Shown: in pieces, positions 1-10,619 of the stretch
How positions within the stretch are numbered: position 1 is the first letter of the stretch
How the letters are laid out: the number at the start of each line of letters is the position of its first letter
DNA from: Aquificaceae bacterium
Lineage (GTDB): Bacteria; Aquificota; Aquificia; Aquificales; Aquificaceae
Assembly: GCA_037925075.1 (NCBI GenBank)
Contig: JAXSNR010000001.1
Coordinates: forward strand, 704,001 to 768,000
Length of the DNA: 64,000 bases
Direction: 5' to 3'
Position numbers and translations under genes: made by a program
The notes under the pieces: model-generated
The model's database searches: none
The model's input: only the letters and a program-made list of their open reading frames with translations
What the model was told of the DNA's origin: nothing

Positions 1-320
1 AGTTAGAAGGCTACAGACAGCTTATGAACTTGCTCTCAGAAGGTATAAGGGAAGAGAGGGAGCTACACCCTTACAGGGAACATCTTTCCCTTGCGGTAAG
101 AAGAGGTAAGGTTTATAGCCTTGGGGAATATCTTTATGTATCAAAGGACATGTTTGAAGAGTATGTAAAAAGGCTAAAAGGCTTGGGAAGAGAATTTACC
201 ATTCAGCAGGCAAAGGAGACCCTCGGGCTTACCAGAAAGTATCTTATTCCTCTTTTGGAGCATATGGACAGGCTGGGTATAACCAGAAGGGAAGGGGAAA
301 GGAGGGTTTTTCTAAGATGA
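1..320 (+). CDS. selB: Selenocysteine-specific elongation factor SelB, C-terminal winged-helix part (5'-partial)
   Basis: Frame is open from the window edge; C-terminus GLTRKYLIPLLEHMDRLGITRREGERR matches the SelB SECIS-binding winged helix; overlaps the selA start. Confidence 0.85.
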   Translation, partial: LEGYRQLMNLLSEGIREERELHPYREHLSLAVRRGKVYSLGEYLYVSKDMFEEYVKRLKGLGREFTIQQAKETLGLTRKYLIPLLEHMDRLGITRREGERRVFLR

Positions 321-1654
321 GCCTCCTTAGACATATACCGCAAGTCTCAAAGCTTTTAGAAGATTTCAAGGAATATCCTCAGGAGGTAGCAAAAAGGGCA
401 ATAAGGGAGGTATTGCAAAGGGTCAGAGAGGAGATAAAAGAGGGCAAAAGAGAAAGCCTTGAGGACCTTAGAGAGCTTATAAAGAAAAGGATGGACCAGC
501 TTATCACTACAAGCCTAAAAAGGGTGATAAACGCTACGGGGGTGGTCATAAACACAAACCTAGGTAGGTCTGTGCTTTCTGAAGAAGTGGCTGACTTTAT
601 AAAGGAAATTGCGACGCATTACTCAAACCTTGAGTACGACCTTTCTAAGGGTAAAAGGGGTTCAAGGCTGAGCCATGTGGAGGGACTTTTAAGGGACCTT
701 ACTGGTGCGGAAGATGTTCATGTGGTAAACAACAACGCGGGGGCTGTGTATCTTGTGCTGAACACCTTAGCCTTTGGTAAGGAGGTTATAGTCTCAAGGG
801 GTGAGCTTGTGGAGATAGGAGGTAGCTTTCGCATTCCTGACATAATGAGAGCTTCCGGTGCAAGGCTTGTGGAGGTGGGAACTACCAACAGGACAAGGCT
901 TTCCGACTACGAGAGAGCCATAAGCCCGGATACAGCCCTACTTATGAAGGTACACAGAAGCAACTTCTACATGGAGGGCTTTGTGGAGGAGGTAAAACCG
1001 GAAGAGCTTTTGAGCCTTGGACTACCCGTTTATTACGATATGGGAAGTGGAAGCCTTTTGAACCTAAAAGACTTAGGCATAAACACGCAGGAGCCAAGCT
1101 TTGAAGAAGGTATAAGAAAGGGAATGCATATAGTTTCCGGTAGCGGGGACAAGCTACTTGGAGGACCTCAAGCGGGCATTATACTGGGCAAAAGGGAGCT
1201 CATTGAAAGGATAAAGAAAAACCCAATGAGTAGGGCTTTGAGGATTGACAAGCTTACCCTTGCAGGGCTTGAGATGACCCTAAGGCTTTGCCTAAGAGGA
1301 GAATACAGGAAAATTCCCACACTAAGCATGCTTTTGCAAAAACCAGAGGATATTAGAAGGAGGGCTCTCAGGCTTATAAAAAGGCTTAGGTCTATGAAAG
1401 CCCTTGAGGTGCGACTCATAAAAGACCTTTCCCGATGTGGTGGGGGTGCTATGCCCGAGTTAAGCCTTGAAACCTATTGCCTTGCCCTTAAGCACAAAAG
1501 CCTAAGCACCGTGGAACTTGAGAGAAAACTCAGAAATGCGGAGCCACCCGTTATAGGAAGGATAAGGGACGATGTGGTGCTTTTGGACATGAGAACTGTG
1601 AATGACAGGGAGTTGATGGACCTTTTGAAGATTTTAAGGTCCTTGGAGGCTTGA
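317..1654 (+). CDS. selA: L-seryl-tRNA(Sec) selenium transferase
   Basis: VINATGVVINTNLGRS, VNNNAGA, SRGELVEIGGSFRIPD, SGDKLLGGPQAG (PLP lysine) motifs. Confidence 0.97.
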   Translation: MSLLRHIPQVSKLLEDFKEYPQEVAKRAIREVLQRVREEIKEGKRESLEDLRELIKKRMDQLITTSLKRVINATGVVINTNLGRSVLSEEVADFIKEIATHYSNLEYDLSKGKRGSRLSHVEGLLRDLTGAEDVHVVNNNAGAVYLVLNTLAFGKEVIVSRGELVEIGGSFRIPDIMRASGARLVEVGTTNRTRLSDYERAISPDTALLMKVHRSNFYMEGFVEEVKPEELLSLGLPVYYDMGSGSLLNLKDLGINTQEPSFEEGIRKGMHIVSGSGDKLLGGPQAGIILGKRELIERIKKNPMSRALRIDKLTLAGLEMTLRLCLRGEYRKIPTLSMLLQKPEDIRRRALRLIKRLRSMKALEVRLIKDLSRCGGGAMPELSLETYCLALKHKSLSTVELERKLRNAEPPVIGRIRDDVVLLDMRTVNDRELMDLLKILRSLEA

Positions 1655-1655
1655 T

Positions 1656-2213
1656 ATGCCATACTTTCCCATGTTTGTAAGTCTTGAGGGTAAAAGGGTG
1701 GTAGTGGTTGGTGGTGGAAAGGTCGCAAGCAGGAAGGTGGAAAAGCTTTTGCCCTTTGGTGCAAAGATAAGGGTCATAGCTCCAAGGGTTATGCCCTACC
1801 TTCAATCTCTCGCACAGGAAAAAAGAATAGAACTTTTCAAGAGAAGGGTAAGGCTGAAAGACCTCAAGGATGCCTTTATGGTTATAGTCGCGGTGGATAA
1901 CCTGAGGTTGCAGGAGAAAATATACAAATTCTGCCTTAGAAGGGGGATACACTGCAATGCGGTGGACAGTCCAGACTTTTGCACCTTCCTTTTCCCTGCA
2001 CTTATACTGAGGGGGGAGCTTGTTATTGGTGTTTCCACCTCAGGCAAGGCTCCTGCCCTTTCCGCTGGGATAAGGGAGCTTATTGAGAAAAACCTTCCAA
2101 AAGACCTTGAAAAGCTTTTTTCAGAGCTTGAGAAGTTAAGACAAAGCCTTCCAAAGGGCAAAGAAAGGCAAGAGATACTTACAAGCCTCGTCAGAGAGAG
2201 GCTTGGTTTGTAA
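1656..2213 (+). CDS. Precorrin-2 dehydrogenase / sirohydrochlorin ferrochelatase (CysG N-terminal / SirC type)
   Basis: YFPMF..LEGKRVVVVGGGKVASRK Rossmann start, NAVDSPDFCTFLFPA, VSTSGKAPAL. Confidence 0.9.
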   Translation: MPYFPMFVSLEGKRVVVVGGGKVASRKVEKLLPFGAKIRVIAPRVMPYLQSLAQEKRIELFKRRVRLKDLKDAFMVIVAVDNLRLQEKIYKFCLRRGIHCNAVDSPDFCTFLFPALILRGELVIGVSTSGKAPALSAGIRELIEKNLPKDLEKLFSELEKLRQSLPKGKERQEILTSLVRERLGL

Positions 2214-2294
2214 TTGATGGAAAGAGCTTACTTTTGAAGAGAGAAGGGATGTGGGACAAAAGGCTAAAGGCTTAGCTGTTTTATAATCTTTTCT

Positions 2295-3242
2295 GTGTGG
2301 GTTTTAGGTCAGCACGACGAACCATACAGAAGGCTTAGGAACTCCATTTTAAACCTCGTGGGAAATACACCACTTGTAAGGCTAAAAAGGGTTATCCCAT
2401 CTCACATCTCTCCAAGGGTGGAGATATACGCAAAGTTGGAAAGCTTTAATCCCGGAGGCTCTGTAAAGGATAGGCCCGCTTTAAGCATGTTTTTGGATGC
2501 AATGGAAAGGGGGCTTTTGAAGGAGGGTAAGGTGGTTATAGATGCCACCTCTGGCAATACGGGTATAGCCCTTGCCATGGTGGGTGCTTGTCTTGGTGTG
2601 CCCGTGGAGCTTGCCATGCCCGCCAACGTAAGCGAAGAGAGAAAGAGGATAATAAAAGCCTACGGAGCAAAGGTCTATTTCACAGACCCCCTCGAAGGCA
2701 CCGACGGTGCCATACTCTTTGTGAGGGAAAAGGTAAGCAAAGAGCCAGAAAGGTATCTCTACCTCGACCAGTACAACAACCCTGCCAACTGGAAGGCACA
2801 CTTTTACTCCACCGGAATAGAGATATGGAACCAGACGGGTGGTAGGATAACCCATCTTGTTGCGGGCATAGGCACAGGTGGTACCATAATGGGAACGGGA
2901 AGAAGGCTAAAGGTTTACAACTCTGATATTCAGATAATCGGCGTCCAGCCAGCCTATCCCTTTCATGGCATAGAAGGGCTAAAACATATAGAAAGCTCCA
3001 TAAAGCCCGGCATATTTGACGAAACCTTTTTAGACAGAACCATCTTTGTGGAAACGGAGTCTGCCTACGAGATGACAAAGAGGCTCGCTCGTGAGGAGGG
3101 CATTCTTGCAGGGCAGTCTTGCGGTGCAGCCTTGTATGCGACTATTCAGTTAGCACAGGAGTTAGAAGAGGGGGTGATAGTGGTTATTTTCCCCGATGGT
3201 GGAGAGAAGTATCTAACCACCGCACCCTACAGGGACCTTTGA
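2295..3242 (+). CDS. cysM: Cysteine synthase family (PLP-dependent)
   Basis: VGNTPLV, KLESFNPGGSVKDR, DATSGNTG, GIGTGGT, FPDGGEKY. Confidence 0.85.
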   Translation: MWVLGQHDEPYRRLRNSILNLVGNTPLVRLKRVIPSHISPRVEIYAKLESFNPGGSVKDRPALSMFLDAMERGLLKEGKVVIDATSGNTGIALAMVGACLGVPVELAMPANVSEERKRIIKAYGAKVYFTDPLEGTDGAILFVREKVSKEPERYLYLDQYNNPANWKAHFYSTGIEIWNQTGGRITHLVAGIGTGGTIMGTGRRLKVYNSDIQIIGVQPAYPFHGIEGLKHIESSIKPGIFDETFLDRTIFVETESAYEMTKRLAREEGILAGQSCGAALYATIQLAQELEEGVIVVIFPDGGEKYLTTAPYRDL

Positions 3243-3272
3243 CCTTTTTAAGCCCAATGATAAAATATTTTT

Positions 3273-5576
3273 ATGAGAATCCCCTTTTCCTGGCTTTCGG
3301 AGTTTGTAGATATAGAAGGGCTTGAGCCTCACAGAGTTGCGGAAGAACTCACCCTAAAGAGCGTTGAAACCACCTTAAGCAGGTGGGAAGTAGACCTTGA
3401 CGGCGTAGTTTTTGCAAAGGTTGTGGAAAAAAGACAGCACCCTACAAAAAAACTCAATGTTTATAAAGCTCAAGTGGGTGAGGGACATTTTCTTCAAGTT
3501 GTTTCCGCGGATACGCGGATAAAGGAAGGTCAAGAAGTGCTTTTAGCCCTTCCCAACTCAAAGGTAGGTAGCATGTGCATAACACAAAGGGAGTTTGACG
3601 GTGTGGTTTCTCAAGGCATGTTTCTATCCGCAAAGGAGTTAGGGCTTGAAGACCAGTCGGAAGGTGTGCTTGTCTTTGATGAAGACATAAAGCCCGGCAC
3701 GTCCGCCTATGACCTTCTTGGCTTTGGAGAATACATACTTGAAATAGAACCTACGCCAAACAGAGGAGACCTTCTTTCTGTCAAGGGTCTTGCAAGGGAG
3801 ATATCCGCCATACTTGGGGCAAGAAAAAAGGACAGGAGCTATCCAGAATACGAAGAGCTTGGATCCATTGACATAAGGATTGAGTCTCCAGATTGCAAAA
3901 GATACAGGGGAGCTATCATAGAAGGCATAAGTGTAAAAGGCTCACCTCTATGGCTAAGAAGGAGGCTTTGGCAGTGCGGTATAAAGACCATAAACAATGT
4001 GGTGGATATAACCAACTACGTGATGCTTTTGGAAGGTCAGCCCTTGCATGCCTTTGACCTTAAGGACCTAAAGCTTCCCATCTTTGTCAGAGATGCCAAG
4101 GAAGGAGAGGTTATAACCACCCTTATGGGAACTGAAAAAGAGCTAAGCCATACCAACCTCCTTATAGCGGATATGGAAAAGCCTCTTGCCATAGCGGGTG
4201 TGGTGGGAGGGCTAAAAAGCTCAGTACAAGAAGATACACAAAGCATACTTCTTGAGTCCGCATACTTTGACCCCTACAGAATAAGAAGGTCCGCAAAAGC
4301 CCTAAGCCTTCAAACAGACAGCTCTTACAGGTTTGAAAGGAACGTGGATATAGAGGGAGTAAAGACCGCACAGAACTTAGCCATAAAGCTTATCCTTGAA
4401 CTGTCGGGTGGCAGGCTTACCGCCATCAGGGATGTTTATCCAAAGCCCTACGAGCCCAAAAGGGTATTTTTGAGTCTTGAGAAGTTTAGAAGATACTCGG
4501 ACAAAGACTTTGACAGACAAAGGATTTCACAAATCCTTAACAGCCTTGAGATACCTCATAAGCTTATGAGGTGTGGTGTGGAGGCTTTTATACCACCTCA
4601 CAGAAGCTTTGATATGCAGGGAGATGTGGATTTGATAGAGGAGCTTCTTAGGGTTGATGGCTACTCGCAGGTAGGTTCGCCAATCCTAAGGGTACCTGCA
4701 AAGCCCTCAGAGGTGGAAGGGCTGGCGGACAAGCTTAGAAGACTTATGGTAAGCAGGGGCTTTCATGAGGTTATAACCTTTTCCTTTGAAGATGCGGAGC
4801 TCTATGAGCTTCTATCCTTGCCTCTTCCCAAGTTGGAGATTGTAAACCCCCTTAACAGAAGCCAAAGGTTTATGAGAACCTCACTTTTGCCCTCCCTCTT
4901 GAGGGTTTGCCTTGAAAATGTGAGAAACTACAACCACAGCATGGCTATTTTTGAGGTGGGTAAGGTATTTCTGGAAGAGGAAGAGCTAAGGCTTGGCTTT
5001 CTTATGACCGGCTACAGAATTCTATTCCCAGAAGAAGAGTACTCACCCTATCATGGGCTAAGCCTTATTCAGGATATTTTGAGAAACCATACAGAGGACT
5101 TTAGTTCAGAAACCTCCACCATACCCTTTTTGCATCCCAAGGTGCAGAGAACTTTTTACTCAAAGGGTGAGGAAGTAGGGTATTTTGGTCTTCTTAGCCC
5201 TGTCCTTCAGGATAGGCTTGGTCTAAGGCATAAGGTTATCGTGGGTGAGTTAAGGCTGAGTCTTCTCAAAGAAAAGCTCAAAAGCTACAAACCCATAGCC
5301 CAGTATCCGCCTGTAATAAGGGATATCACCCTGCTTGTGGACAAAGAGTTGAGTCTGGATAAATTAATATCTCATATCAGAAAAAAGGATTTGGTGGAAG
5401 AGATGAAGGTGTTTAGCGTCTATACAGACCCAAAGTTTGGGGAAGGCAAGAAGAGCGTTAGCTTTAGGCTAACCTTTAGAAGCAGAGAAGGTACCCTCTC
5501 GGACCAGCAAGTTAACGGGGTTGTAGAAGAGTTAATTGCTGAGCTGGAAGAGAAGTTCGGGGCAAAGCTAAGATAG
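3273..5576 (+). CDS. pheT: Phenylalanine-tRNA ligase beta subunit
   Basis: TPNRGDLLS, INNVVDITNYV, TDSSYRFER, MRTSLLPSLL, C-terminal YPPVIRDI..KKSV anticodon-binding domain. Confidence 0.97.
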   Translation: MRIPFSWLSEFVDIEGLEPHRVAEELTLKSVETTLSRWEVDLDGVVFAKVVEKRQHPTKKLNVYKAQVGEGHFLQVVSADTRIKEGQEVLLALPNSKVGSMCITQREFDGVVSQGMFLSAKELGLEDQSEGVLVFDEDIKPGTSAYDLLGFGEYILEIEPTPNRGDLLSVKGLAREISAILGARKKDRSYPEYEELGSIDIRIESPDCKRYRGAIIEGISVKGSPLWLRRRLWQCGIKTINNVVDITNYVMLLEGQPLHAFDLKDLKLPIFVRDAKEGEVITTLMGTEKELSHTNLLIADMEKPLAIAGVVGGLKSSVQEDTQSILLESAYFDPYRIRRSAKALSLQTDSSYRFERNVDIEGVKTAQNLAIKLILELSGGRLTAIRDVYPKPYEPKRVFLSLEKFRRYSDKDFDRQRISQILNSLEIPHKLMRCGVEAFIPPHRSFDMQGDVDLIEELLRVDGYSQVGSPILRVPAKPSEVEGLADKLRRLMVSRGFHEVITFSFEDAELYELLSLPLPKLEIVNPLNRSQRFMRTSLLPSLLRVCLENVRNYNHSMAIFEVGKVFLEEEELRLGFLMTGYRILFPEEEYSPYHGLSLIQDILRNHTEDFSSETSTIPFLHPKVQRTFYSKGEEVGYFGLLSPVLQDRLGLRHKVIVGELRLSLLKEKLKSYKPIAQYPPVIRDITLLVDKELSLDKLISHIRKKDLVEEMKVFSVYTDPKFGEGKKSVSFRLTFRSREGTLSDQQVNGVVEELIAELEEKFGAKLR

Positions 5577-5740
5577 AGCCTGCCCTGTACGTGGTGAAGG
5601 AGTTTATATTGGGGTCCACATGGTGAGGCAATAGGGAGCCCGGTCTCCGGAACAGTCGGAAGGCTTTCCGGGAGGGCACCCACCTATTTTTTCTGGGGCC
5701 CACCAAAGGCTCCTTCCTCCACGGCATGGGCGGGGGTTTC
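5576..5740 (+). ncRNA. ssrS: 6S RNA
   Basis: Long imperfect rod: CCTGCCC/GGGCGGG, CGTGG/CCACG and AAGGAGTTT/AGGCTCCTT pair the two ends; lies between pheT and ygfA, the known 6S position in Aquifex; ends approximate. Confidence 0.8.
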
Positions 5741-5771
5741 TTGCCTTCCCCTCCTGAAAAGGAGGCGGAAG

Positions 5772-6341
5772 ATGAAGGTGCTTGCTAAAAAATATATAAG
5801 AAAAAGACTTATAAATAAGAGAGAGGCTCTTACAGAAGAAGAAAGGAAAAGGTTATCAGAAGGCATAGTAAAAAACCTTCTAAGCCTAAGGTCCTTAATG
5901 GAAGCGGACAAGGTCCTTATGTTCTGTCCTCATAGGGGAGAGCCTGACATTACGCCCCTATTCTCTTGGGCTTTGCAAAAGGGTAAAATCCTCCTGCTTC
6001 CAAAGGTGGAAGGTCAGGAGCTAAAGCTTATAAGGGTTGAGGACTATACAAACCTGAGCCCTGGTGCCTTTTGCATACTTGAGCCCTTAGAAGGCGATGA
6101 GGTTAGTCCAGAAGAGGTAGGCCTCTCCCTTATACCGGGAGTAGCCTTTGACAAGGAGGGATACCGTATAGGTTATGGGAAAGGATACTACGACAGGCTT
6201 TTGGGGAGGATAGGGGGGCTGAGGGTGGGAGTTTGCTACGAGTTTCAAATCTTAGAGGAGGTGCCAAGGGATGACTGGGATATGCCTGTTGACCTCGTGG
6301 TCACAGAGGAAAAAATCTATCAAGGAGGTAAGGAAAAATGA
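5772..6341 (+). CDS. ygfA: 5-formyltetrahydrofolate cyclo-ligase
   Basis: IPGVAFDKEGYRIGYGKGYYDR, D.PVDLVVTE. Confidence 0.95.
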   Translation: MKVLAKKYIRKRLINKREALTEEERKRLSEGIVKNLLSLRSLMEADKVLMFCPHRGEPDITPLFSWALQKGKILLLPKVEGQELKLIRVEDYTNLSPGAFCILEPLEGDEVSPEEVGLSLIPGVAFDKEGYRIGYGKGYYDRLLGRIGGLRVGVCYEFQILEEVPRDDWDMPVDLVVTEEKIYQGGKEK

Positions 6342-8077
6342 GCGTGGAAATGTTTCTCGTTGTGGTTTTTTTAGTCCTGATATTTGGAGCGATTGTAGGT
6401 TTTATCCTTCTTTCAAGGAAAGGATCAGGTGCCTCACCTACCTTGGAGGCTTTCAAAGAGATTGAGGAGAAGAAAAGGACCGCGGAGCTTATAGTCTCAA
6501 AGGCTAAGGAAGAGGCTCAGGAGATACTAAAGAAGGCTCAAGCGGAAGCAAGGGAGATAAGACTAAGCTCAGAGAGGGAAGCTGAGAAGATAGTCAGGCT
6601 CGCCCAAGAGGAAGCGGATAGGTTAAGGGCAACTCTCAAAGAGGAAACGGAAAAGATAAGAAAAGACCTTGATAAGAAAAGCAGGGAGATGGAGGAATAC
6701 CTCTTAGAGAGAAAGCAGGAGATCCAAAAGCTGGAGCAAGCGCTCCAACACCGCGAGGCAAATTTGGAAAGAAGGGTTCAGGCTTTAGAAAGGCGTGAGG
6801 AAGAGCTCTACAGAAGAGAAAGGGAAATAAGGGAGATGGAAAGGCAAATAGACCAAGCCCAGAGGGATTTACAACTCAAGCTAAAAGACCTTGAGGAAAG
6901 GGAAAGGGAAATAGAAGCCCTCAGGAACAGAGAGCTTATTGAACTCCAGAAGATAGCTAGCATGACCCTTGAGGAGGCAAGAAGGGAGCTACTGAAAAAA
7001 GTGGAAGAGGAAGCAAAGGCGGAAGCCATAAGGCTTATGAAACGCATAGAAGATGAGGCTAGGGAAAGGGCTGAGTTTGAGGCAAAAAAGGTGATAACCA
7101 CCGCGGTTCAAAGGCTCTCTTCTGAGATAGCCATAAACTACACAACAACAACGTTAGAGCTTCCCAACAACGAGTTTAAGGGAAGAATAATAGGAAGAGA
7201 GGGAAGGAACATAAGGACCTTTGAGCTACTAACGGGCGTTGACCTTATCATAGACGACACACCAGATATAGTCACCATATCCTCCTTTGATCCTATGAGA
7301 AGGGAATTGGCGAGGGAAGCTCTTGAAAGGCTAATACAGGACGGAAGGATTCACCCAGCAAGGATAGAGGAAGTTGTTGCAGAGGTCAAGAAGGAAATGG
7401 ATGAGAAGATAAGGAAGATGGGAGAGGAAGCTTGTATGGAGCTTGATCTTTACGACGTGAACCCGGGGCTTTACTACTACATAGGCAAGCTCTATTACAG
7501 GACAAGCTACTCACAGAATGTGCTTCTTCACTCAAAGGAGGTGGCCTACATAGCTGGCATGATGGCGGAGGAGCTCGGGCTTGATGCCAAGATGGCAAGA
7601 AGGGCTGGGCTCTTGCACGATGTGGGCAAAGCCATATCCCACGAGTTGGGAGGATCTCATACAGACATAGGTATAGAGCTTTGCAAGCGTTATGGAGAAC
7701 CGGACCCAGTTTTGAACGCCATAAAGGCACACCACAACGAAGAGCCTGTGAGATACCCGGAGGTTGCCCTTGTGTGTGCTGCTGACGCTTTATCGGCCGC
7801 AAGACCGGGGGCAAGAAGAGAGAGCTTAGAAGCATACCTCAAAAGGCTTGAAAAGTTAGAGGAGATAGTAAAGTCCTTTAAGGGAGTGCAAAACGCCTAT
7901 GCGGTGCAGGCAGGGAGAGAGGTAAGGGTGATAGTCAGTCCAGAAGAAATAAGCGACGAAGAAGCTTACATGCTTTCCAAGAACATAGCCAGGAAGATAG
8001 AAGAGGAGATGCAGTTTCCTGGGCAGATAAAGGTGGTGGTCATAAGGGAGACAAGACATGTGGAATACGCCAAGTGA
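6338..8077 (+). CDS. rny: Ribonuclease Y
   Basis: N-terminal TM helix, long coiled coil, KH domain (KGRIIGREGRNIR), HD domain (LLHDVGK), ADALSAARPGAR. Confidence 0.97.
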   Translation: MSVEMFLVVVFLVLIFGAIVGFILLSRKGSGASPTLEAFKEIEEKKRTAELIVSKAKEEAQEILKKAQAEAREIRLSSEREAEKIVRLAQEEADRLRATLKEETEKIRKDLDKKSREMEEYLLERKQEIQKLEQALQHREANLERRVQALERREEELYRREREIREMERQIDQAQRDLQLKLKDLEEREREIEALRNRELIELQKIASMTLEEARRELLKKVEEEAKAEAIRLMKRIEDEARERAEFEAKKVITTAVQRLSSEIAINYTTTTLELPNNEFKGRIIGREGRNIRTFELLTGVDLIIDDTPDIVTISSFDPMRRELAREALERLIQDGRIHPARIEEVVAEVKKEMDEKIRKMGEEACMELDLYDVNPGLYYYIGKLYYRTSYSQNVLLHSKEVAYIAGMMAEELGLDAKMARRAGLLHDVGKAISHELGGSHTDIGIELCKRYGEPDPVLNAIKAHHNEEPVRYPEVALVCAADALSAARPGARRESLEAYLKRLEKLEEIVKSFKGVQNAYAVQAGREVRVIVSPEEISDEEAYMLSKNIARKIEEEMQFPGQIKVVVIRETRHVEYAK

Positions 8078-10598
8078 TGAAGAGCTTACCCCCATGCTTT
8101 CCCAGTACCATCACTTTAAAAAGCAGTATAAAGACTGTCTTCTCTTTTTCCGCCTTGGTGACTTTTACGAACTTTTCTACGAGGATGCGGAAGCGGGGTC
8201 AAGGGAGTTGGGGCTTGTGCTTACCTCAAGGCCCGCCGGGAAAGGAAAAGAAAGGATACCCATGTGTGGTGTTCCCTACCACTCCGCAAGCTCTTACATC
8301 TCAAAGCTTGTATCCAGAGGCTATAAGATAGCCATATGTGAGCAGTTGGAGGGTGCCTCGCAGGCTAAGGGATTGGTAAGGAGGGATGTTATAAGGATTA
8401 TAACCCCGGGGACTTACTTTGAGAAAGAGGGTTGTGGGCTTTCAAGCCTGCTAAAGCAAGGAAGCCTTTACCTGTGTGCTTATCTGAACCCTGCTACTGG
8501 TGAGTTTGTAGGTGGAAGCTTTGACCTTGCGGGTGCAAAGGAGTTTATCCTTAAATTCTCACCAAAAGAGCTTTTGATTTCTCAAGGTCTTTCTTTTGAG
8601 ATAAAGGAGTTGGAACTTTTTAAAAGCACGGTAGAAGAAGAGTACTTCCATGAAGGACTTAGGCTTCTCTTTGAAGATATGAAGATATACAGTGCTAGGG
8701 GTCTTGGCTTTCAGAGGGAAGAGGAGCTTTTGCCCTTTGGTGGGCTTTACATGTATCTAAAAACCACTCAAAAATCCTTTTTGCCTTTTGTGGCGAGGCC
8801 AAAACCTTACGTAGGAGAAGGCTATGTGCGTATAGACCACAGAACATGCAGAGGGCTTGAACTCTTAGAGTCCTACGAAGGCTCAGAAAGGTACTCTCTC
8901 TTTGGGGTGATAAACAGAACGCTAACCGGTATGGGAAGGAGAAGGCTAAGGTTTCATGTGTTGCATCCCTTCAGAAAAAGGGAAGACATACAAAAGGTAC
9001 AGGATGCGGTGGAAGAGCTCTACAAAAATAGAGAGCTTTTGAAGGCACTTAGGGAGAGCCTAAAGGGCATGCCAGACTTAGAAAGGCTTATAACCAAGAT
9101 AAGCGGTAGTATTTCCACACCAAAGGACTTGGTGCATGTAAAGAAGGCTCTGGAGTCTTTGGAAAAGATAAAAGAGCTTCTAAGGGAGGCAGGCTCGCAA
9201 GCCCTAAAAGAGGTGCACGAGGGACTTTTGGAGCTTTCCGAACTTAGGGAGGACATTGAAAAAACCCTTGTGGATGATCCACCCATCCACTTGAAAGAAG
9301 GCGGTCTTATAAGGGATGGCGTCAGCCCAGACCTTGACCAACTTCGTTACTACAGGGACAACGCCCAAAGGCTCATAGATGAGTATGAGGCAAAGCTAAG
9401 GAAGGAAACGGGTATTCAAAGCCTGAAGATAGGCTTCAATCGGGTGATGGGATACTACATAGAGGTTACAAAGCCAAACCTTAGGCATGTGCCCCCTTAC
9501 TTTCGCAGGCGTCAGACCCTCTCAAACGCAGAAAGGTTTACGGCAGATTACCTACAAGACCTTGAAGAGAAAATCCTTTCAGCTCAGAGCAGAATAAACA
9601 GCCTTGAGTACGAGCTTTTTATGGCTTTGAGGGAAAGGGTCTTAAGCAAAATAGAGGACTTGGCACATGACGCAAGGCTTATAGGATGGCTCGATTACCT
9701 TCAGTCCTTGGCTACAATAGCCTTGGAAAAGGGATGGGTAAGGCCCCAAATGGTGGAGGAAAAGGTTCTGTACATAGAAGAGGGAAGGCATCCCGTTATA
9801 GAGGAGTTTGTGAAAATCTACTGTCCCAACGACACCCACATGGACCAGGAGAACCTTCTTTTTATCATAACCGGTCCCAACATGGCGGGAAAGTCCAGCT
9901 ACATAAGACAGACTGCAATTCTCACCCTTCTGGCTCACATGGGCTCCTTTTTGCCTTGCAAATCAGCAAAGGTTGGGTTTGTATCTTCTATACATGCACG
10001 CATAGGCTCCGGAGACATACTTGCCCTTGGGGTTTCCACCTTTATGAACGAAATGCTTGAGGTTTCTAACATCCTTCATAACACCGATGAAAAAAGCCTT
10101 ATAGTGCTTGATGAGGTGGGAAGGGGGACATCCACCTACGATGGCATAGCCATAAGCAGGGCTATAGTGGAATACATACTGGAGAACATAAGGGCAAGAA
10201 CCCTTATAGCAACGCATTTTCTTGAACTTACCGAGATAAACAAAAGGGGCGTCAAAAACTACCATATGGCGGTAAGCAAAGAGGGAGAGGAGATAAACTT
10301 TTTGTATCTTTTAAAACCCGGTAGGGCGGAAGGAAGCTTTGGAGTGAGGGTAGCAAAGAAAGCAGGACTGCCACAAAAGGTTATAAAAAGGGCTGAGGAA
10401 ATCCTAAGAGAATTGGAGCTATCAAAGACCTTGCCCATGTTGGAAAAGGTGTATGAGGAAAGCCAAAGACAGGAGGAAAACCAAGTTTTAGAAGAGCTTC
10501 TGGACCTTGATATTGCAAACTTAACACCCTTGCAGGCCCTTATAAAACTGGCGGAGTTGAAGGAAAAGGCACTCAACCTAAAAAGGTCAAAGGCTTAG
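8058..10598 (+). CDS. mutS: DNA mismatch repair protein MutS
   Basis: TPML.QY, FRLGDFYELF, GPNMAGKS, DEVGRGTSTYDG, ATHF. Confidence 0.97.
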   Translation: MWNTPSDEELTPMLSQYHHFKKQYKDCLLFFRLGDFYELFYEDAEAGSRELGLVLTSRPAGKGKERIPMCGVPYHSASSYISKLVSRGYKIAICEQLEGASQAKGLVRRDVIRIITPGTYFEKEGCGLSSLLKQGSLYLCAYLNPATGEFVGGSFDLAGAKEFILKFSPKELLISQGLSFEIKELELFKSTVEEEYFHEGLRLLFEDMKIYSARGLGFQREEELLPFGGLYMYLKTTQKSFLPFVARPKPYVGEGYVRIDHRTCRGLELLESYEGSERYSLFGVINRTLTGMGRRRLRFHVLHPFRKREDIQKVQDAVEELYKNRELLKALRESLKGMPDLERLITKISGSISTPKDLVHVKKALESLEKIKELLREAGSQALKEVHEGLLELSELREDIEKTLVDDPPIHLKEGGLIRDGVSPDLDQLRYYRDNAQRLIDEYEAKLRKETGIQSLKIGFNRVMGYYIEVTKPNLRHVPPYFRRRQTLSNAERFTADYLQDLEEKILSAQSRINSLEYELFMALRERVLSKIEDLAHDARLIGWLDYLQSLATIALEKGWVRPQMVEEKVLYIEEGRHPVIEEFVKIYCPNDTHMDQENLLFIITGPNMAGKSSYIRQTAILTLLAHMGSFLPCKSAKVGFVSSIHARIGSGDILALGVSTFMNEMLEVSNILHNTDEKSLIVLDEVGRGTSTYDGIAISRAIVEYILENIRARTLIATHFLELTEINKRGVKNYHMAVSKEGEEINFLYLLKPGRAEGSFGVRVAKKAGLPQKVIKRAEEILRELELSKTLPMLEKVYEESQRQEENQVLEELLDLDIANLTPLQALIKLAELKEKALNLKRSKA

Positions 10599-10619
10599 TG
10601 GGTTAAAATAATAAGCTTA

